NCBI GenBank assembly: GCA_050246755.1
Contig: JBFWVL010000004.1
Coordinates: 96,001-160,000 of the forward strand
Source: Bacteriovoracia bacterium
GTDB taxonomy: Bacteria > Bdellovibrionota > UBA1018 > CAIPTA01
Reading direction: 5' to 3'
DNA length: 64,000 bases
Under the pieces are notes generated by a model. That model did not search any database. It was not told the origin of the DNA and was given only the letters and a program-made list of their open reading frames with translations. Shown here piece after piece: positions 18,730 to 27,946 of the stretch. The stretch's first letter is position 1; each line of letters begins with the position of its first letter. The position numbers and the translations under genes are program-made.

Positions 18730-19947
18730 ATGAATAAATTATTTTTACTTTTGGTGGTTTTGGGATTTTCGGGAACCGCGCACGCGGAAAGATGGATCGT
18801 CAAAAATCCTCGTGCTTCGCTCACGCTATTTGCTCCCTTGAAGGTGCTTGAGCTCGGCGGCGATAGCTATATGGTGGTAGACGCTCCCGCCTACGCAACT
18901 CTTGCCGAGTTCGCGTCCTACGGAGAATCCGCTTTTCCCGATGCGCGCATATCTCTGCCTAAGGATCTTCCGGCCGACGACGGCATGGAGGATCCCGACG
19001 CGAGAATGGCCTGGCACGTGAAGGCTTTACAGTACGAAAAACTACCGGCCCAGTTCAACGGCACCGGCGTGATCGTGGCGGTGGTAGATACCGGCGTGGA
19101 CTATAGCCATCCGGCTCTCGTGGGTCATATCTGGACCAATGAAAAAGAGATTGCCGGTAACGGCATCGATGACGACGGAAACGGATACATCGACGATATT
19201 CACGGGTGGGACTTCGAACTCGGCAAAAATGATCCGATGGACGATAACGGCCACGGCACACATTGCTCGGGGATAATCGCGGCGAGCCCGAATGCCGAGA
19301 CGCGCGCGCAAGGGGTGGCTCCGGGCGCAAAGGTGATGGCGATCCGGGTGATCGGCGAAAAGAGTATCGGCTTCCTATCGGACGCGATTGCCGGAATAAA
19401 ATACGCCGTGGACAACGGTGCGCGCGTGCTCTCAAATTCTTGGCGCGTGTATAAGAGCTGGGGCGATTTTGATCCCAGCGAAGAAAATATCGAGCTTTTG
19501 AAAAAAGCGATTCTCTACGCCGGGGAGCACGGCGCCGTGTTCGTGGCGGCCGCCGGGAATGAAGCGGTAAACCTCGATACCGATTTCGATAAAGACCCGA
19601 TGTTTCCCGGTGGCTATATGGGCATTAGCAGTCTCATCGTGGTGGCGGCTTCCGACCAAAGGAGTGAGCCGGCCTATTTTACGAACTATGGGGGCAGCCA
19701 CGTGGGAGTGGCTGCGCCCGGAGTTTCGATCCTTTCCACCACGCCGGGAAATAACTGGGCGGCAATGAGCGGCACTTCGATGGCCACTCCGCTGGTAGCG
19801 GGCGCAGTAGCGCGCGGCTTGAGCGCTAACTTTTCTCCCGCCGAGATCGGCGACAAGCTGGTGAATTCCAGCTCGAATGGCGGCTCCTGGGGTACGAAAA
19901 TTCGCGCTAAGGGAGTGGTGGACCTGATGAGATACCTAACTCCTTAG
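18730..19947 (+). CDS. Secreted S8 subtilase
   Basis: Signal peptide; VDTGVD, HGTHCSG, AAGN, SGTSMATP. Confidence 0.95.
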   Translation: MNKLFLLLVVLGFSGTAHAERWIVKNPRASLTLFAPLKVLELGGDSYMVVDAPAYATLAEFASYGESAFPDARISLPKDLPADDGMEDPDARMAWHVKALQYEKLPAQFNGTGVIVAVVDTGVDYSHPALVGHIWTNEKEIAGNGIDDDGNGYIDDIHGWDFELGKNDPMDDNGHGTHCSGIIAASPNAETRAQGVAPGAKVMAIRVIGEKSIGFLSDAIAGIKYAVDNGARVLSNSWRVYKSWGDFDPSEENIELLKKAILYAGEHGAVFVAAAGNEAVNLDTDFDKDPMFPGGYMGISSLIVVAASDQRSEPAYFTNYGGSHVGVAAPGVSILSTTPGNNWAAMSGTSMATPLVAGAVARGLSANFSPAEIGDKLVNSSSNGGSWGTKIRAKGVVDLMRYLTP

Positions 19948-20055
19948 GTATTTCCCCTTCGAAAGCTGCGGTGCCCCTCGGCGCCGCGGCTTTTTTCTTC
20001 GTCCGCTGCTGAGTTCATGGACAGGCGAGGGCCTTTGCGATTAATTTGTTGCTGA

Positions 20056-21291
20056 ATGAACAACGGTGAAAAAATTCTTGCGAAGCTCCGGGAGGCTTTT
20101 CGCGGCCTAGGCCAAAACGCGCGCAAGTGCCTTGCGATTTCGGGCGGAATAGATTCGATGTTATTGCTCGAGGCGGCTCACCGGATCGGCGCCGAGAATG
20201 TGTTGGTGTTGCACGTGAATCACGGCCTGCGGGGAGAGGAATCTGCCGCCGACGAACTATTCGTGCGCCGAGTGGCCCAAGCGTATGGCTTCCGTTATGA
20301 AAGTATCTTGTTGTCCTGGGCGGATGAAAAACCCTCCCAAGCCGCGTGCCGGAAGCGGCGGGAAGATTTTTTTGAGTCCGTGCTCAGGCCGGGAGAAAAA
20401 ATTTTTCTCGCGCACCACCGCGACGACCAGGCCGAAACGGTTTTTTTACGTCTGCTGCGCGGCACGGGAATCGATGGCCTGGGCGGAATGGCGGAAGAGT
20501 CCGCGAATAAAATACGCCCCTTGTTGGGATTCAGCCGGGAGGAAATTCTTGCGGCCGCGAAAGCCTGGAAAGTGACGTGGCGGGAAGATTCTTCCAACCG
20601 CTCTTCGCGGTACGAAAGAAACTGGCTGCGGAATGAAATATTTCCCCTGCTTGAAGCACGCCGCCCGGGCTTTTCGCGAAGGCTCGCGGATTTGGCGGGA
20701 GAAGTAGGGGCTTTGGAGACCGGGAAAGGCGGGGAAGCGAATCTTTTTTCTTTTGCTCCCGGGCTGAGCTTTGGCGAGCGAGGCAGCCTGCTGGCGCTCG
20801 GCGAAAGAGGGATAAAAAATACCTTTCGGCTGAATCGGCGGCACACGTTGGATTTGGCGCGGCTGCTGAAAAAAGGAAGCGGAGAGTGTTCCAGTGAGGG
20901 CAAAAAATTCCGTCTTTCGCAGGGGATTTTGCTCGTGGAGAGTGGCGAGCGGTTTTGTGACCGGCTAGATTGGCGCTCTCCCAGGGCCGGAGAGAATGTG
21001 GCCGAAAGCATGCTCGGAGCATGGACCTTCCGAAGCCCGCTAAATGAAACATTGGCCGCGCCTGACTTGCTGGCCGGCGAAAAAGGGAAGAAAAGATTTC
21101 AGGAAGAAGGTGTGCCCATTTTTTTCCGCGCTTCCCTGCCGGTGCTGAGAGCAGAAAGGGGCAAGAAAATTCTTTTACCGCTTCTGCCCGGTTCCACCGC
21201 GTTCCTCGATTTTTGTCCTTCGTCCCTCGGCCACTGGTGGCTTAATTCATCTGCAGCGCGCGGTGATCGGGCTGGGAAGATTTCCAGATAA
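20056..21291 (+). CDS. tilS: tRNA(Ile)-lysidine synthase
   Basis: SGGIDS PP-loop, HVNHGLR, AHHRDDQAET, RPLL, RNWLR. Confidence 0.92.
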   Translation: MNNGEKILAKLREAFRGLGQNARKCLAISGGIDSMLLLEAAHRIGAENVLVLHVNHGLRGEESAADELFVRRVAQAYGFRYESILLSWADEKPSQAACRKRREDFFESVLRPGEKIFLAHHRDDQAETVFLRLLRGTGIDGLGGMAEESANKIRPLLGFSREEILAAAKAWKVTWREDSSNRSSRYERNWLRNEIFPLLEARRPGFSRRLADLAGEVGALETGKGGEANLFSFAPGLSFGERGSLLALGERGIKNTFRLNRRHTLDLARLLKKGSGECSSEGKKFRLSQGILLVESGERFCDRLDWRSPRAGENVAESMLGAWTFRSPLNETLAAPDLLAGEKGKKRFQEEGVPIFFRASLPVLRAERGKKILLPLLPGSTAFLDFCPSSLGHWWLNSSAARGDRAGKISR

Positions 21292-21733
21292 AAAATCCCG
21301 CTACGGTGGCGGCGCCGAATGCTAGCACCCAGGGCCAGTATTCCTTTTTCGGAGACTCGATATTAGCGGGAAGCGCGGGCAGGTCCAATTGCGGTGAAAA
21401 TCTTTCGGGAGCGATTTCGGCCTTAGTCTCCGCGTAAAATTTTTGGCAGACCGACTCGGCTTCGCCAATTTTTAAAACGATCGGTGTTTCGCTTGCGCCG
21501 CGATGGTACATGCCCCTCAGTTCTTTACCGCTCTCTTCGAGTTTTAGCCAATGACTGCCCTCGGCGATACCGGTGAACTCCCAGCTGACGCCACTCCTTT
21601 CGGAAAGGCAGTGTAGGAGCGTGATCGCCTCTTCGGCTAGCTCTTCATTTTGCACTGCGGCGGCAAATTGGATGGTATCGGCCTTCGCCGCCAGCGATTG
21701 GAAGAGCAAGGCAATGCAAATTAATTTTTTCAT
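21242..21733 (-). CDS. Hypothetical secreted protein with a C-terminal membrane anchor
   Basis: Signal peptide MKKLICIALL, AGGAG RBS, C-terminal WPWVLAFGAATVAGFFIWK. Confidence 0.65.
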   Translation of the reverse strand: MKKLICIALLFQSLAAKADTIQFAAAVQNEELAEEAITLLHCLSERSGVSWEFTGIAEGSHWLKLEESGKELRGMYHRGASETPIVLKIGEAESVCQKFYAETKAEIAPERFSPQLDLPALPANIESPKKEYWPWVLAFGAATVAGFFIWKSSQPDHRALQMN

Positions 21734-22083
21734 CGGATCTCCTGAATAAAGGTGGGACGGGAAATTTTGCGGCAGAGGAAAGGGGGCTCGGGCAAATCTG
21801 AAATGAGCCATTGGCCACTTAAAGAGAAGAAGCCCTCGGCAACTCCGCTTTCGGATTCGAGCTCGAAGTAGGTTCCCGGTTCGAGGTTTTGACAGGGAGT
21901 GGAATCGGTGAGCTGCCAGCCGTGCGCCAGCAGGGTTTCGAAGTTTTCCGGAGTTTCCGCCGTGCCGGGAAGTAGTAAAAATCCCGCTACTCCCAGGGCT
22001 AGGCTAGTGGCCGCGAGGTAAAAGCTGGGACGAACCGCGGATTTTTTCGATGGTTTCGTTGCGGTGCTCGACGATTTTTTCAA
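21730..22083 (-). CDS. Hypothetical membrane-anchored protein (start uncertain)
   Basis: N-terminal hydrophobic helix; stop overlaps the start of the downstream gene. Confidence 0.45.
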   Translation of the reverse strand: MKKSSSTATKPSKKSAVRPSFYLAATSLALGVAGFLLLPGTAETPENFETLLAHGWQLTDSTPCQNLEPGTYFELESESGVAEGFFSLSGQWLISDLPEPPFLCRKISRPTFIQEIR

Positions 22084-22201
22084 ATCTCCTGCCGGCCGCA
22101 AGTTGGAGCGCCACCGCGCCGGCGTGAAACGTGAAAAGAATTGCCAAGAAAATTGTGAGCTCAACAAAGATGCCTCCTTTTTCATTGCGAATACGCTTCA
22201 C
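22004..22201 (-). CDS. Small TadE-like pseudopilin
   Basis: NEKG/GIFVE class III signal followed by a hydrophobic helix. Confidence 0.55.
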   Translation of the reverse strand: MKRIRNEKGGIFVELTIFLAILFTFHAGAVALQLAAGRRFEKIVEHRNETIEKIRGSSQLLPRGH

Positions 22202-22835
22202 GAACTTCTCCCTTCGTGAGGGTGGGATCCCCGGTCAGCCGAATTTCCGTGCGTAGGGATAAAGTGTGGCAGCGTACTTTCGTGAGTTCTGTTTTCATCG
22301 AACGGAACTCCACGGCGCCCTTCACGTCGAAAAAAAGCGTCGCATTCCTTCGCAACGCCGAAACTAAGGAAGGAGTGGCCGCGCAGAACGCAGACTCCCG
22401 GGAAAAATTCGTGGCCCGGCAGTGGACCCTCATCAGCTCTTTGGCGCGCGTGGCGTGAATTCGTAGGTCTTGTTCCAGCGCCGTGGCGCGATTCGCCAGC
22501 AGGAGCGCTTGTTCGCCCATTTTGCCGAAAAGCACACCGGCGGGTCCGCCCAGGATCATGGCTCCCCGTGCCATTGCGATTCCGGTGCCCGTAATCCGCA
22601 GCCAGTCATTGGTGGAGGCCAGGTGCTCGAAAAGTTTTTTCCGGTCCACCGAAAGCTCCACCGCGCAAATGTCGAGGCGCGATTGCAGCGCCACTTTACG
22701 CTGGGTGCGGCTAATAACTTCCACCGTGCCCACGAGGAATAGCAGGGCGAGCAAGAGGAGGGGGCAGAGAAAGAGCAGAAGGTACCCGCGTTCGCACGAG
22801 ACTTTGCCGCGCGGAACGAAATTTTGAGTATTCAT
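22182..22835 (-). CDS. TadG-like pilus-associated protein
   Basis: ERG/YLLLF prepilin-like N-terminus and LQSRLDICA, resembling the TadG LQ.A.D motif. Confidence 0.6.
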   Translation of the reverse strand: MNTQNFVPRGKVSCERGYLLLFLCPLLLLALLFLVGTVEVISRTQRKVALQSRLDICAVELSVDRKKLFEHLASTNDWLRITGTGIAMARGAMILGGPAGVLFGKMGEQALLLANRATALEQDLRIHATRAKELMRVHCRATNFSRESAFCAATPSLVSALRRNATLFFDVKGAVEFRSMKTELTKVRCHTLSLRTEIRLTGDPTLTKGEVREAYSQ

Positions 22836-22947
22836 CTAGCCGTTTCTCCAGCCCCCGCCAGAGCCCGCAACCCAAGAGAAGCGCAGCAGCAAAAGCGGGA
22901 AGAAAGCATAGAATGGCCTCCAGGTTGATGGATCCTCGTTGGTTCAT
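22711..22947 (-). CDS. Small TadE-like pseudopilin
   Basis: MNQRG/SINLE plus a hydrophobic helix; ATGA coupling to flp; 125-bp overlap with the next gene lowers confidence. Confidence 0.55.
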   Translation of the reverse strand: MNQRGSINLEAILCFLPAFAAALLLGCGLWRGLEKRLDEYSKFRSARQSLVRTRVPSALSLPPPLARPAIPRGHGGSY

Positions 22948-23126
22948 GGGGAGAGCCGCACGGGGATTCCTTCGTCTACCTGCTCGCGAATTTCGCGGAA
23001 TTTAGAATGGATTTTTTTCCCGAGGGCTTTGGTAGAGCCCACGCAGACTAAGACCACCAGGGCCAATAGAATCATATATTCGATCAGGCCCTGGCCTTTT
23101 TGATTTTTGATTAGAGAAGAACGCAT
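22944..23126 (-). CDS. flp: Flp family type IVb pilin
   Basis: 60 aa, KG/QGLIEY motif; AAAGGAG RBS. Confidence 0.88.
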   Translation of the reverse strand: MRSSLIKNQKGQGLIEYMILLALVVLVCVGSTKALGKKIHSKFREIREQVDEGIPVRLSP

Positions 23127-23160
23127 TCGAGCTCCTTTTTTTGGTTGGCGGGCCGCCTAT

Positions 23161-23176
23161 GGCAAGCGCTATGCCG
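23161..23176 (-). promoter_or_regulatory. sigma54 promoter for the flp cluster
   Basis: CGGCATAGCGCTTGCC (GG-N10-GC). Confidence 0.65.
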
Positions 23177-23305
23177 CGCCCTTCCTTAATAGAAGCGGGC
23201 TTAAGGAGAAAAACGGTAAAGAATTTAAACCCTTGGTGCATTGACACTCATTCCGCCCCTAGTGGATACTTATCCAAAGAGTTTTGGCCCCCGGAGAGGA
23301 ATGAG

Positions 23306-24073
23306 ATGTCCGATAAACCGTCTTTGTACGTGGTGGAAAAGCGCGAGGTAGTGATTCTCGTGGTGCTTTTCGTTTTGGTGACGGTACTCGCATTCACGAT
23401 GGGCGTTCGTTACGGCGAATCCGTGGGAAAAAAGGTGGCGCAAGAACAGTCGGCGGCCGAGGCGGTTCACAACGGTTCGGAAGCGCAGGCGGTGGGTGGT
23501 ACGCTCGGAGCGGTTCCTGCTCATGGAGAACCAGCGCCTCATGGAGAAGCGGAGCACGGAGCGGCCCCGGCCAAAGACGAACATGGAAATGCTGCTCACG
23601 ATGAGCACGCGGAAGAGAGCAAGCCCGAAACCGCCGCCAAGGACGGTGGAGAATCCGACGACGTACCGCCGGCGAAGGAAGCAGCCGACAAGAATTCCGA
23701 CGAGTCTCTCCTGAATGCTTTGAAGGAAGCGGGCGTCGAGCCGCCGGGCGGGAAAACCGCCGGGAATGCGAAGCTTCCCGCGGAAGTGAAATCCAAGGCG
23801 TCCTCACAAAAAGAAGTAAAAAAGATTCCCTCTGGAACCTATGTTATCCAAGTGGGTAGTCATCCCACCCGTAGCGAGGCTGAAGCGCAGGCGCGTCAGC
23901 TTTCCGCGAAGAAGGTTAAGGCCGAGATTCTCGCGCCCGTGAAAGATCGCCAAGGCGAATGGCACCGCGTGGTGGTGGGAAGTTACAAAACGAAGCGCGA
24001 TGCGGAACGGGAAGCCAATGCTTTGAAGGCCCGTCGTGCGATTATCAGTTTTTTTGTGTGGAGGCTGCCTTGA
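23306..24073 (+). CDS. SPOR-domain cell division protein (FtsN/DedD-like)
   Basis: N-terminal TM helix, disordered His/Glu-rich linker, YVIQVGS...WHRVVVG SPOR motif; TTGACA at 23241. Confidence 0.85.
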   Translation: MSDKPSLYVVEKREVVILVVLFVLVTVLAFTMGVRYGESVGKKVAQEQSAAEAVHNGSEAQAVGGTLGAVPAHGEPAPHGEAEHGAAPAKDEHGNAAHDEHAEESKPETAAKDGGESDDVPPAKEAADKNSDESLLNALKEAGVEPPGGKTAGNAKLPAEVKSKASSQKEVKKIPSGTYVIQVGSHPTRSEAEAQARQLSAKKVKAEILAPVKDRQGEWHRVVVGSYKTKRDAEREANALKARRAIISFFVWRLP

Positions 24074-24078
24074 GCGCG

Positions 24079-24447
24079 ATGGAACAAAAAATGGTGATGA
24101 AACCCTGGGGACACGAGGTGATCTTCGCCGTTACCAAAGACTATGTGGGCAAAATTCTGGTTATTAAGGCCGGCCATCAGCTTTCGCTCCAGTTTCATAA
24201 AGTGAAAGAAGAGACTATTTATATGCGCGCGGGCGAAATGAAGTTCTTGATCGAGAACGAGCGGGGCGTGATGGAAGAGCATATCCTGACCGAGGGCAAG
24301 AGCTTTCATATTTTACCCAATCGCAAGCACCGCATGACCGCCGTTAAGGATTGCGAAGTGTTCGAGGTGAGCACCCCTCATCTCGAAGACGTGGTACGCC
24401 TCGAAGATAGCTATGGCCGTGCGCCGGATTCGGGTTCGGCATCGTGA
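24079..24447 (+). CDS. Cupin (mannose-6-phosphate isomerase type II-like)
   Basis: KPWG, LSLQFH..KEET, EVSTP..DVVRLED.YGR. Confidence 0.85.
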   Translation: MEQKMVMKPWGHEVIFAVTKDYVGKILVIKAGHQLSLQFHKVKEETIYMRAGEMKFLIENERGVMEEHILTEGKSFHILPNRKHRMTAVKDCEVFEVSTPHLEDVVRLEDSYGRAPDSGSAS

Positions 24448-25517
24448 ATCGCCCCTGGCTGCTAATTTTGGCCGGAGGCTCGGGCACCCGTTTTTGGCCC
24501 CGCAGCCGTGCCGCCAGACCTAAACAATTTCTACCTATCGCGGGTGAGGATCCGCTGCTCGTGACTACGATCCGCCGGTTCGCCGGATGGATTCCTAGCG
24601 AGCGCGTGGTAATTCTCACCACCGGCCAGCTGGAAGCCGGAACCAAGGAGCTTTTAAAAGAATTCCCCGGCGTGCGCGTGCAGGCCGAGCCGCAGGCCCG
24701 TAATACCGCGCCCACGATCGTGATGGCGATGGAATGGCTACGGGCAGAGGATCCGAGCGCCACGGCCGTTATCGTGCCGGCTGACCACTGGATCACCGAC
24801 GAGAAAGAATATATTGCGGTGATGAAGCGCGCGGTGCAGGCGGCGGAACAGACCGATCAGCTATGTACGGTAGGTATCCAGCCTACGCGCCCGGAAACGG
24901 GCTACGGCTATATCCGTTCGGGACAAACCCTCGGCAGTGAACTCTATCAGGTGGACCGTTTCGTGGAAAAACCCTCGCGTGAGGTAGCCGAAACCATGGT
25001 GCAGAGTCCGGAGTATTTTTGGAACGCGGGGATGTTCGTATGGACCGCGGGGGCTTTTTTTCGTGAGCTGGAGCAGCACGGCGCGGAGTTTGTGAAAGCA
25101 TTTGCGGCATATCGCGCGGAGCGCCAAAAGGGCGAGGCGAGCGCGGAGACTACGGCTAATTCTTTCTCCCAGGCTCCGGCGATTAGCATCGACTACGCGC
25201 TTCTCGAGAAGAGCAAAAACGTGGTGGTAGTTCCCGGCAGCAGCTTTGGTTGGAACGATCTCGGCAGCTTCGTTTCCCTTGAGGAAGTGTATCCAAAAAC
25301 CGAGGGCGGGGTGGGGCGGGCCGGGCGCGTGCTCGCGGTAGATTCCCTCGCGAATATCGTGGACGCTCCAGGGAAGACGGTGGCCCTGCTGGGGGTAACT
25401 GATATGATCCTCGTGGACGCAGGCGACGTGATTTTACTCGCCGCCAAAGAGCGAGCGCAGGACGTAAAAAAATTCGTCGAGCGATTAAAGGCCGAAGGGC
25501 AGAAGCAGCTCACCTGA
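24444..25517 (+). CDS. manC: Mannose-1-phosphate guanylyltransferase
   Basis: LAGGSGTRFWP.SR..RPKQF, RNTAP, PADH, FVEKP, WNAGMF, SIDYA, WNDLGS. Confidence 0.93.
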   Translation: MNRPWLLILAGGSGTRFWPRSRAARPKQFLPIAGEDPLLVTTIRRFAGWIPSERVVILTTGQLEAGTKELLKEFPGVRVQAEPQARNTAPTIVMAMEWLRAEDPSATAVIVPADHWITDEKEYIAVMKRAVQAAEQTDQLCTVGIQPTRPETGYGYIRSGQTLGSELYQVDRFVEKPSREVAETMVQSPEYFWNAGMFVWTAGAFFRELEQHGAEFVKAFAAYRAERQKGEASAETTANSFSQAPAISIDYALLEKSKNVVVVPGSSFGWNDLGSFVSLEEVYPKTEGGVGRAGRVLAVDSLANIVDAPGKTVALLGVTDMILVDAGDVILLAAKERAQDVKKFVERLKAEGQKQLT

Positions 25518-25642
25518 ATCTGTAAAAAGTTCAGGCATTTTGTCAGGCGCTGTAAGCCGCTGTCGTTATCTGTTTCAATTATTCCATAGTTCCCTCCGGT
25601 ACCAGGTGCTCTACTTTTCGGAACACCATTCGAGGAGAGTGA

Positions 25643-27724
25643 ATGCAATTATTAATCGCCCTACTGTCATTCGTTATTGTTTCTACCGCTGCTGAGGCCG
25701 GAGAAGTTCTTCGCCTGAAATCTTTGGGTAACGTAGCTACCCACCGCCTAGCCACTTTGGCTATTGTAGACCAAGACCCAGGTCTTTATCTCGTGCAGTG
25801 GAAAAGCAGCGTAACGGAGGCCGAAAAGAAATCGGTGCAAGATTCCGGGCTAAAAATCCTCTCCTATATTCCCGACGACGCCTTCTTAGTTCAGGGTGAT
25901 ACGAACGCGGCTCAAGCCACCGCCAAGCTTTCTTTTGTGCGGGCCGTAGTTCCTTACGAGCGCGCCATGAAACTGGAGCCCGAACTGAACCGTAACGGTT
26001 TATTCAGCCTCAGCGACAACGTGAAAGTTTCCGTACAGCTCGCTCCCGGCGCCGACCGCGCCGCGGTTCAAGGCTTCTTCCGCAAATTGGTAGACGTGGG
26101 CAATAACGTGCTCGTGGGCGAAAGCTCGGTGAGCCAGCTATGGAATCTCGCGGGCCGTTCCGATGTGCTCTGGATTGAGCGTTACCTCGAAGTTCGTTCG
26201 ATGGATATGTCGGGTGAAATCGTGAGCGCGGGCGACGTGAAGCCCACCGCTACCCGTACCGGCTACGAGAGCGGAACGAAAGTTCTCAACGCCGAAGCTG
26301 CCTACGCGGCGGGCTTTAACGGCGCCGGCCAGATCGTGGCCTTCGCGGATACCGGCCTCGATACCGGAGATATGAATACCGTGCTCGCGGATTTCCGCGG
26401 ACAAATCAAAAGCGGCTACGCCGTGGGCCTCGGTGGCAGCTCGTGGGGCGATCCCATGAACCACGGAACCCACGTAGCGGGCTCGATTGCTGGTAACGGC
26501 GCGAACTCGGGTGGCCTTATTCGCGGCACTGCCTTTGGCGCACAGCTTGTAGTGGAAGGCATGTGGAGCGATATTTTCAATAATATCCTTCCTCCCGCCG
26601 TGAACAAATTGTTCGACATGGCCTATAAAGAGGGTGCTCGCATTCACTCCAACTCTTGGGGAGCCCCGAACTCGAACGGCCGTTACGACAATATGGCCGT
26701 GCAAGCCGATACCTGGTTGTTCCAGAATCCAGATTTCCTCGCGGTATTCGCTGCGGGTAACGACGGTGCCGACATGAACAAAGATGGCGTGGCCGACGAA
26801 GGTTCCGTTTCTTCCCCGGGCTCGGCGAAGAACGTGCTCACCGTGGGTGCCTCTAAGAACTTGCTCCTCGAGGGCGGTTTGCAGAGAAAAATCAGCGAAA
26901 CGAAGCTCGTGGATAAATTCTCCGTGGAGCCCCTTGCTAGCTCGGTTCTCTCGGATGATCCTCGCGGGATGGCCGTATTCTCCAGCCGCGGCCCCACGGC
27001 CGACGGACGCCTGAAGCCCGAAGTAGTGGCTCCCGGCACGAATATCGTTTCGGCTCGCTCCAAGCACGCCAAAGCGAAGCCCGAAGATTCTTGGGGTATC
27101 TACGACGATAATTACCTTTTCATGGGCGGAACTTCGATGGCCACCCCTCTGACCAGTGGTGCGATGGCGATCGTGCGTCAGTATCTCGTAGCTAAGCTTG
27201 GCAATAGTGTTTCGGCCGCCATGATGAAAGCCACCGTGGCAAATACCGCGGAAGACCTCTTCCCCGGGCAGTTCGGCGCCCGCGCCAGCGGCCAAGAGCA
27301 GCCCACCATGCGTCCGAACAACCACGAAGGTTGGGGCCGCGTGAACTTGAACACCCTCGTGAGTGATCGCTCCCTCGCGCTTTACGATGAGCGCACGGGC
27401 TTGGCCACTGGCCAAGAAAAATCTGTTGCCATTGATGTTCGCTCGGGCCAGGCACTTCGCGTGACCATGAGCTATACCGACGCCCCCGGCGCCGCGGCCG
27501 CCACGAGAACTCTCGTGAACGACCTCGACGTGCGCGTGGTGGATTCTGCCGGACGCACCTATTACCCGAACGGAAAGAACGCGAAAGACACCATCAACAA
27601 TACCGAGGAAATCGACTTGTTGAACGCCGCTCCCGGCACCTACCAAGTGATCGTTTCGGGCAGTAACGTGCCCCAAGGGAAGAACGGCGCTCAGCCCTAT
27701 GCCCTCGTGGTTTCGGTTCGATAG
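25643..27724 (+). CDS. Secreted S8 subtilase, KP-43-like, with a C-terminal beta-sandwich
   Basis: DTGLD, HGTHVAG, AAGNDG, KPEVVAPG, GGTSMATP, LVNDLD, QPYALV. Confidence 0.95.
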   Translation: MQLLIALLSFVIVSTAAEAGEVLRLKSLGNVATHRLATLAIVDQDPGLYLVQWKSSVTEAEKKSVQDSGLKILSYIPDDAFLVQGDTNAAQATAKLSFVRAVVPYERAMKLEPELNRNGLFSLSDNVKVSVQLAPGADRAAVQGFFRKLVDVGNNVLVGESSVSQLWNLAGRSDVLWIERYLEVRSMDMSGEIVSAGDVKPTATRTGYESGTKVLNAEAAYAAGFNGAGQIVAFADTGLDTGDMNTVLADFRGQIKSGYAVGLGGSSWGDPMNHGTHVAGSIAGNGANSGGLIRGTAFGAQLVVEGMWSDIFNNILPPAVNKLFDMAYKEGARIHSNSWGAPNSNGRYDNMAVQADTWLFQNPDFLAVFAAGNDGADMNKDGVADEGSVSSPGSAKNVLTVGASKNLLLEGGLQRKISETKLVDKFSVEPLASSVLSDDPRGMAVFSSRGPTADGRLKPEVVAPGTNIVSARSKHAKAKPEDSWGIYDDNYLFMGGTSMATPLTSGAMAIVRQYLVAKLGNSVSAAMMKATVANTAEDLFPGQFGARASGQEQPTMRPNNHEGWGRVNLNTLVSDRSLALYDERTGLATGQEKSVAIDVRSGQALRVTMSYTDAPGAAAATRTLVNDLDVRVVDSAGRTYYPNGKNAKDTINNTEEIDLLNAAPGTYQVIVSGSNVPQGKNGAQPYALVVSVR

Positions 27725-27746
27725 GTCTCAATTAGCTTGAGGTAGG

Positions 27747-27784
27747 GGAAGGGCTCTGGTGCAAACCGGGGCCTTTTCTTTTTT
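27747..27784 (+). terminator. Intrinsic terminator
   Basis: GGCTCTGGT-GCAA-ACCGGGGCC stem followed by a T-tract. Confidence 0.75.
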
Positions 27785-27859
27785 AAGGCTCCTCCTCGTA
27801 TTGATCCAAGTCTCGAAACCCGGGGATAGGGGTGTGGCGAATTGAGTACCTATCCAGAT

Positions 27860-27888
27860 TTGACGTCTATGCCAAAGCTTGTTATTTT
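27860..27888 (+). promoter_or_regulatory. sigma70 promoter for the infC operon
   Basis: TTGACG-N17-TATTTT. Confidence 0.65.
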
Positions 27889-27946
27889 CCACTTGAGGGC
27901 GGTATCCCGGAGGGAGCGCTCGTAACTTAACACTAGGAGTCTTAGT

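Noticed and set aside
26138-27676. 512-aa minus-strand ORF
   Set aside because: Antisense shadow of the subtilase; no motifs, and explained by GC-rich codon bias.
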